Under the pieces are notes generated by a model, which did no database searches, had not been told where the DNA came from, and worked only from the letters and a program-made list of their open reading frames with translations. From assembly GCA_964445715.1 (NCBI GenBank), contig CAYULJ010000001.1:1-52621 (forward strand): a stretch of 52,621 nucleotides of DNA, written 5' to 3'. The stretch is from an uncultured Planctomycetia bacterium. GTDB lineage: Bacteria; Omnitrophota; Gorgyraeia; Gorgyraeales; Gorgyraeaceae. Position 1 is the stretch's first letter. The number at the start of each line of letters is the position of its first letter. A program made the translations under genes and the position numbers. Positions 39,501 to 48,500 of the stretch are shown here, in pieces.

Positions 39501-42500
39501 GAGACGGCCTATTAAAGGCCTCAAGAGACAACAATCCGTCAATACGTTTTCATGTAGCAAGGGCATTGGGAGAGACAGGAGACCATGAAGCAGAGGAAGG
39601 ATTATTGAGGCTATTAGATGATGAAAAGGCATTTGTACGTGATGCTGCAGCAGAGGTATTGGGAAAGATTGGGAATTCTGGAGACTCTAGAATAGAAGAG
39701 AAGTTAATGAGATTATTAACTGATGAAGATGAACATGTACGTTTTTCTACAGTTAAAGGTATTGGAAATTTAGAATTTGTAGATGGATTGATAACAGCAT
39801 TGGCAGTTGATGATCGATTCGTCCGTAGAATAGCTACGCAACTGTTAAGAGAGCTGGGAGAAAAACAAGTCATAAGGACCGGTGATAGACGTGTTGTAGG
39901 GTCATTGATAGAACACGTAGATGACGTAGATGGAGTTGTTAGGAAAAATGCTCTAGATGCATTGGTAGTGCTAGGAGATGAGGATACCATATTTCTTTTA
40001 TGTCAAGTTTTATCAGGTGTTCCTGAAACAGAGGTCGTTTCTATTGCTGACGATCACGACTCAATAGTCGAATACTATCAGCCGTTAGTTTATGACAGGT
40101 TTAGTATGGCAAGTGTTACGTTGCTTGGCGAAGAAACAAGAGTTAGTCCACTAAAACAAAGAATTCCTGATGCGATAGATACAATTTTTGAGAGACTCAG
40201 GAAGCAAAGAGCAGAGAGAAAATTTAATATGGGACAGCTCAATAATCAGAGATTAGGTGAGTTTTTGCATTGGTTAGAAGAGATACCTTTAGATGATGGC
40301 ACATGTCTAGGCGATCATATAGTAGCTTTTGGTGGTGCACCGAGGGATGCATATATAGAGAAGAAACTTGTTGATATAGATGTAACGGTCAAAATTCCTT
40401 TGACAGACCAAGAGAGGGTCGCTTTCTTAGGGACTCGTAGTATGGTTAATGAAAGAGTATATTCATATGCTAAGGAGAAGCTACAACTATTAGCAGAGGC
40501 ATTAGGAGTAGATTGCGAGCTATTTCTTCAGCCTCCAAGTGCAGAAAATAGAATAATGTGGCGGGGAGAATCTGGAGAAATAGAGATACAATATTCTGGT
40601 CCAACAGTTCCTACGGCTGCGCTTAGAGAAAACCAAGAAGAGAAAGTATATTTAAAGAGGGCGTTTGTTGATACAAACACAGGGATTTTATATTCGTCAA
40701 GAACAGGCCCAGCCTTATCACAGATGGCGTTAGACTATAAAGGAAATGTATATGGGCGCGTTCATGCGTTAGATGATTTTGATAATGGAATAGTGAGTAT
40801 AGCAGGAGATGGGCATAATTTTACCATAGGGCTTATACTGCGACTATTACGGTTAAAACATGAATTCGAATTTAGAGTCTTAAAGAATGATTACCAATTA
40901 GTTATTGATACGCTTAAGAGAATGAGCTTGTCAAAGGGAGATGGGGCAATGCCTTCCTATGTTAAAAAGGCTACAAGTGATCAGGTAGATAAACTAATTA
41001 GAGTGGCACAGGATCCGCAGGCTACCCATGAGGAATTAATCGCATTAGGGATATATGAGTTATTGAAGGATATATGGGATATTGATATGCAAGGGGATAT
41101 AGAAGCAATGATTGACAGCGAAGGCCCGGCCAATTCTATTTGGCTGCAGGCCCTTTCTTCTATTGTTTATGTCACCTTACCTTACCTTGCATATTTGTCC
41201 CAGTGGGCTGTGCTACTTCTCCCATTTCTTTTTTATTTTCTTGGCCATGAAGACCTCCCCCTCCCTGTTTTAGGTCATGGCGCGCTGGCGATGTCTATCA
41301 TGGGCATAGGCCTTGATGTAAATCCCCAAGCAGTGGTAGAGTTCCCTAAAAAACTCGCCGGACAAAAGAAGTATAAAATTGTTGTTTTATGTGAGTCAAA
41401 TGCATTCCGCAGTCCTATCTTAGAAGATAGGTTGCTTGAGAGCATAGAAAAAAGAGGATGGGAAGAGTTCTATGATGTTATATCTCGCGGAATGCACCAT
41501 CTAGCTGAAGGCCAGAGCGAACGCTTAAAAAGAGATATTCGCGCTACCTTAAGAGCAAATTGGGAATATTCTGAACGCGTTAGAATGCTCATGGATATAA
41601 CTATTCCTCAACAAATATCTGAGGAAGATGTCAAAGACGCAAGTCTTATCCTGGTAGCGACTCACGGAGAAAAAGAAAGCATTTTAAATATGTATCCTCA
41701 TATGGAAGGAAGAGTTATTTTAATAACTCAGTTTATATCAGAAAAGGACCCTGTCTATGGAAAATTATTACATGGCGAGGATGTGCCAGATTTAAGAGAG
41801 AACATTCCTGGCTTAGGAAAGATCGGAGCGGAAGAACTTTGGAGAATATATAATAAGGTCCTGACAGGACTTAGCGGGTATCTGAAAACGGCGCGCCATC
41901 ATGAATTTATGGCAAACACTAGCGTACATATCATTCGGAAAAATAATCAAGCTTTCATTTATCACTGGGATACTGGAGAGATCGTTTACTTTGACTGGGG
42001 AGAAGGAAGGGGGCTTACCGAAGAGGAGTTTTCAAGCTTGGACAGGGTTACGATAGGGCATATTAGAGCAGCAAGCAAGCTCAACATAGGCGGGAGACCC
42101 AGATTTAATTTAATAAAACACAGAGGCAAGGAGATAGAATTTGATGTTATTCAGGGACAGGTAACAGAGATTAGAATTACAGAGTCCATAGGTGGACCCG
42201 AAGTCATAAGACCACTTCTTATATATATTATCGAAGATGACGGCGGATTAAAACTCGTAGATTCTCGCGGCAAGTTAAGCAAGAGCGTGATGATGGAATT
42301 CAAAGGCCATAGAATATTAGTAAGAGGGGAGAGAGTCTGTGTTGGTAAGGATGGAACTGTGGCTTTAGGCTTGGACCGAACGTACAAAAACAGAAAAGGT
42401 AAAGATGCAGTGTCGAATAAGTGGGTTGAACTTGGGGATAAAAGATTGCATGGGGCAAGATTTGAAGCAGAGTTCGATTGGACAAGTACACGGAACAATA

Positions 42501-45500
42501 CGCACGCAGACTATTATATGTCGAGGATGCGATTTGCAGACGAGGACGGAAAGCCGACTCTGGATTATAGAGGCAATCCTATTGTGAATTATCAGGGAAA
42601 TCCTCTTACGCTTGAGATAATGCCTGCTTTAGAGAGGCATCAGTGGGATGTAAGAAGGCAGATAGCCAGATTATATCCTATACGAGAAAGGGATTTGGAT
42701 GAAAAGACAAAAGGCGGAAGATTTAGATATGCTATTTTCGATAATATTACAGGCAGGTGGAAAGGCCAGGCCAAAGGCGATAAAGAGGATACCCGTTACC
42801 TATGGTCTGAGATCAATCTTGATGTATTGGATGGGACTGCGGATAGTCATCTTTTCGGGCCAAGACTTAATCAAGATGCAAATCTGTTAATACTTCGGGA
42901 GCATTTAACATACTTTGAGCCGCGCAATGAAGCTGCAGGCTTGCCTGTTAAGGTCCGTTATCTATACAGAGAGCCTGTTAGCGCTACAATTGTAGACGAA
43001 GACGACAAGGTTGTTTATAAGGAAGGCACGCCATGGTCAAGGAAAATCAGATTTGGTAAATTAAGCAAAAAACCTGAATCCTACCGTCCAGCCGATGCCA
43101 ATGACCGGAAACTCCTTGTTGATGCTTGTGAGGCAATATTAGATTTTAATATGTTAGTTGCGCTCGAAAAATTGGACACATTCTGGCAGAGAAAAATTCC
43201 AGATGAAAATCACGGACTGGCAGAGAAGTTGGCAGAAGCAGTTAAATTTAAGATAAATAGTAATGATGCAGGAACGGATGTGGCTGATTTAATTGAAGCG
43301 TGGGAAAATAACAGAATAGGCCATAGTTATGAAGACGTTGTGGATAAAATTCTTTTTTATAAATCAGGACAGGGAGAAGTTAGAAAATTAGAAGGCAGCA
43401 TGTTCTTATACCTTTTTGTCGTATGGGCAAGGGCTTTACAGGGACAGGCAGATTTTGGATACAGGCAAGAAGATATTCATAGAGCATTTAAAAGAGCCTT
43501 GATTTATACTTATACGAGCTCACATGAATTGAATCAGGCTAGAGAAAGCGGATTGGTCGATCTTGATTTTGCGCTGTTAAGGTTATTTCTAGGCCCTCCT
43601 CAGCTTAATCCGAGAGAAAAAGAAACGCTGACTCGTATACCTCAACTGTTATTAGAAAAAGGTGTTAATGAGGCTCTTAATGCGAGATATTATATTAGTG
43701 CCATAAAAAAGCTGGGAGGGCGTCCCGTGAGAGACGAAGGTTACGCTGCTAAGCTCGAACAGTGCCTCTATGTTGTTGGGATAGCTGGCAAAGTAGGCCT
43801 TATCAAAAAAGCCGATGTCAGGTTGCTGAAAACTATTGTAAATGGATCCAGGATTCTTAGTTATAAGATTCAAGGTTTATCAAATAGAGAGATCGGTCGT
43901 AAGCTTTCTATGGGTCGCTCTGTAGTCAGTAGAACTTATAATAGATTCAGAGAACTCATTGGCCTGGGTCATATGTTAGAAGGTCTAATTCGCAGTCAAA
44001 GTCTAGATCTTGAAATGCACCTTGAAGCTGCGGAGATAGCTAAAAAGAGAGACCTTATGGAAGACGATCTTAGTTCAGTTAGAGAAAGGCTCTCGGCCCT
44101 TAAAGAAGCAACTAGCAATATCTCCTCCTCTGATACCAAAATAGCCAGTATAGCCGCTACCCTGATATCTATCTCGACAATAACAGCAGGATACCTGACC
44201 CGCTCTGTGCCTCTATTGGCTATAGGCCTTGTGCTTCTTCTGCCTGCAGCCATGTTCATCTGGTTTTTCTTTAAACTCAGAGCAACTGAGACTAGGCTCG
44301 CCTCTGGTGAAATCAGGGCAGGCCCGTACGAACCCATAGGACTTTTCCAAAACAACGCAAGCCCTGACGAAGACCTACGTTACCTTGCAACTACTATAGA
44401 CGGGATCATCTACTACCATCCAATTGAGCTTACAAATTACCACCCGATAGAACAATACCTTATATATATACATGAATGGGCGCATAAGAAATTTGCCTGC
44501 ACAGGATTTAAGATGTTGGATGAATTCCTTGCGTATGGCTTTCAGTGGTTGTGCATAGTGGCCGTACCGGTTGCACTAGTTCTTTTATTACAACAGTCCG
44601 GGCAAGGCTTGTCTAGAAACACCCTCACTGTGCCCCGTACGCAAATCGTAGATTTCGTACGGGGCGTGGCTGGTGGGGCTTCTGGCTTTGCCTGGGCTGA
44701 GCTATTGGGATTTATAGGTATGTGTGCGATGGGAAAAGGACCTAGGCAATTGAACATGTTCGGTGACCAGGGCGATGATTCAGGGCCTGACAGCGATGAA
44801 TCAGATGATTCACAATCTGAATACAATGAGATAAAAGAAAGAATTTTGGAAGCTCTAGCTAGTCTAATAGAATCTGCCAATGCTGAAGCTGTGAAATGGA
44901 CAAAAGAGTTAGAAAGTTTACCAAAAGGCCATACGTCAACATATACTTACTTAGGCGAGATAAGCCGTCAGGAAGCGATTGCCAGAAAAGCTCAAGAGGC
45001 AAAGGATGCCTTGGAGAATAAAGGCGCAAAAGGCCTCATCAGGTATCTGAATAAAAAAGACCGCAGCCGGACGATAAGAGATAGAGGTCGAGGGGTGTCG
45101 CCTTATACTAAGGCGAAGAGTGATATTAGGCAAGCCATACTGGAAGATGCTCAAGAGCTACGCAGTAAAGAGATAAAGCTAGAAGGAAGTTCACGAGGAC
45201 AAGGCCTTGTATTATTTAATATTATCTTTGCTGTAGTCCTAGGGTTAGCCGCGTTGTTATTTGGAGATTTTCTTATAGACCTGATTTTTACAGGAGCGTG
45301 GGATACGCCAGCAGTTCCTAAGGTGTTACTGGCCAGTTCTCTTGGCGGTTTTGGCCTGTTGCAGAAAGCCCTTGGGATTATTGATGGCACCCAAATATAC
45401 GAAGATATTCGAGAAGAATATGGCACTGAATTAAGTGAAGCGCAGGAAAGGATTGCGTTCTGGAGAGACAAGATATCCGAAGTCGCTCCAGATGATAGCG

Positions 45501-48500
45501 AATTATTGACTACGCTCGAATTTCATTTAAGACTGGATACATTTATTGCGCGTATGAATACAGAGATATTGGAATTATTAAGCTCTGTTAATCTTTCTGA
45601 CTTATGGAAACTTCTGGAATTAAACTATAGGATTAGTAGTAGTCTTGCTGCAATCGTAGATAGCGAAGACATTGATCAGCTATCCAGATTAGAGAAAGAG
45701 TGGGAGTCAAAAAAACTTTCTATCTCAATGCAAGTGGTGCAGCGTTCTATCGAGTCTTCCACCTCTTCTCCTAATTCCATCGCCTACCGCATCGCAAGGC
45801 TTTTCTCAGTCGATGAAGAAGTTACCAAACGTATCGGGATCGCTGGTTTATGGCTTGAGATCCCATTACTACTCTGGGCTTCAGTGACTCAGCCTTTTGA
45901 ATTACTTGCGCCAGCTCTGTTGGGTTTTGTAGCACTTCACATAGTTTTAGAGGCAATAGAGGAGTATCGTGCCCGAGGGCAGCTTGATTGGGATAGAGGA
46001 GATGTTATAAGGCGTTTTATTACCCAGTCTGCTGTTTTTGCACCATATGCACTTATTCCACTTGCCATTACAATTAGCTCACCTCTATTATTAGTCGGCC
46101 TCATGCTATTTGCAGCCTTTACGCATATTATTTATGATTTGAAGAAATTTGATACTGCTGTAGAGGGCCTATCTTTTGATGAGATTATCGAAGAGATAGA
46201 AAAGTCAGTTGCGGCGCATGATACAGCTAGGGCAGATCGACTGATAGATGAACTCGACAAGAGACTTGATCTCTTACTTGGAGATCCTTTTGCTGGACAA
46301 CCTTCCAAGGTGACCAATGCCTTAGTATATCTTTTAGAGAATGTCTATAATTCCGATAACATCGAATATTTTTTTAGAATCGCTGCTATTATACTGAAAT
46401 GGCAAATTAAGAAGCCATTGGTTTTTAAGTATCTAAGAGCTTGTCTACAAGACCAACCAGTTTCTGTAATAGTTGAGGCTGGTTCTCTTCTTCTGGGGCA
46501 TACGTCTGCAACCCCGGATAATATAAAAGCAATGAGGGCTTTGACATCTGTGCTAGGAGGCTATTACTCAACCAATGACGAATCCCTTAAACTCAGGGTG
46601 AAAGATATTTTATTAGCAGAACGCAGGAAAGATAAAGTCTGCTCTGCGCTTTTATATGTGTTTCAGGATGCGACACCTGAGGGAAAGCAAGAGTTATGTT
46701 CTGTGCTTGGAGAATTAAAGAATAGAGAAAGCGTCGAGCCTTTACTTAATATGGCAAGAGAAGAATCTAATCCAGCTCTTAGATCTATTATGGCGCAAAC
46801 TATAACTGAAATACTTGAACTTCCTATAGAGCCCGAGTTAATTTTAGAGAGTGATTTCGAAGGTCTTAGAGAAAGAGTTTCGCAGTATATAAATGACGGT
46901 ACCTATGGAGAAAAAGCACAAGAGGTTTTGATAGGCTTGGATATGGGAGAGCCACATGAATTATTGTCTATGTTAGATAAATATACAATAGAGGTTGTGG
47001 GTAGGGATTTGGCTGCAAAAGATGCCATTAAAAAGAAAGCCCTTCAGGTATTAGCATTGGCAGAAGAAAAGGTGGTAAATTTTGGTGAGGTTATAGAAGA
47101 TGTTCTGCCAGCGGTCATACTTCTGGATGGCTTGGGTTCGACTGATATTTTAGATGCGCTTCTTGTTTTCTTTATTGCGCTGCACGAATCTGCGCCAGGA
47201 GGGAGAAAAGTCTTTTTAGACCGCGCTGAGTTTCTTCCGGGCGTTAATCCTAATCGGCAGATACGACATAATGGTAGTAGAACTCCTGTTAGAATGTCAG
47301 ACCGCGTTAAAGATGCAAAACCTCAAGAAATCATTTCTCACTTTGCAAGCATGACAGAGAAAGTGAAGATTAGACGCTGGGATACTTCTTCTATGAGACT
47401 TTCTTCTGAGCGCCAGGTGGCTTTGCGTGACGGTGATTTTATTCTTGAAGATGACCTTAGAAGGATAGGAGATTTCTTGGAGCCTATAGAGATCAGAGAC
47501 GGGAGAGAAGTTTACGACTTGAAAGAAATAACGCCGCGCAAGGGCGTTAAAGTAGTTGCTAACAATAGATGGGCAGGGGGGCATACTAAGTCCACGGAGC
47601 TGCTTCTGCTTAGCCCAGTCGGACTAGACGGTATTGGGACTATTTGCGAAGATGTTCTTTTTGTAAGACACAAGGTATCTAGCGGAGATACACAGGAGAA
47701 CGTGTATCTTTTGTATTCTATATACGCAAATATGCTTCCGAGCATTCTTAAAGAAGGAGTTGAGAAGGGTGAAGTAACCCAGAAGGATATTCGCAGGGCT
47801 TTAAGAGATCGACCTGTAGCAGGTGTTCATATAGGGTTAGATGGAATGATTGTTATCCAGCCCTATTATTGCTGCACGGGTTGGGCGCAATATTCTTTTG
47901 ATCCGGTTAGCAACCTAACAGTAGGAGGAGAGTGGGTATTTCGTAGTTTTATCAAGAGACTGGAGGGATTAGGCTATGGCCCTTATGAGGTTGAATATAC
48001 TCCTTCCGGTATTATTTACGATTCAGAAGGTTTGGTAGTATCTTTAGTCAGCGCAACTGCAGAAAATCCAAAAATGAAATCTCCTTTAAGAGATTATTTA
48101 ACCATGAGAGATGCTGACCCAGGGACACCTTTTTCGGAACACCAGCTAGAGATTATTAGAAAATATGGCCTGGAAGGTGTGGACTGGTTAGCGTTTATGA
48201 CATCGACTGTTCCAGATGATACTCCTGGAGATATAAGAGAGGCGGCTAAGAGCGTAGTAGCGAGAATAAGAGAAGGAGAAGAATATAGGGACATAAGAGA
48301 TTCCTTTGCCGATAGAATGCGCCTTGCTTTAGATACGATATTTTTTGGCATTGGCAATAGATCAGCAGCAATCGGTTCAGATGTGACAGGCGCAAACTTT
48401 AACTTTGACGGCATGTTTGGCAGAGGGAAACTTTCTGAAATGGATGTTCTCCTAATAACTGCTGACATACAGCGATCTGTTGAGCTGCGAAAGAAATTGA

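Noticed and set aside
39034-39990. Antisense ORFs of 166 and 146 aa (39034..39534 and 39550..39990), the longest non-frame-2 ORFs
   Set aside because: They lie opposite the HEAT-repeat region and their translations are Ser/Phe/Asn-rich low complexity with no motifs. They are expected shadows of a GAA/GAT/AAA-rich sense frame. The same reasoning applies to the other antisense ORFs, for example 5497..5892, 33049..33438 and 38389..38787.
12318-42890. Short same-strand out-of-frame ORFs (12318..12521, 18198..18416, 22575..22772, 25947..26144, 26283..26471, 37776..38015, 42405..42587, 42699..42890)
   Set aside because: All are 60-79 aa and fully embedded in frame 2, which carries recognisable domains at those positions. 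None has motifs or an obvious ribosome-binding context.
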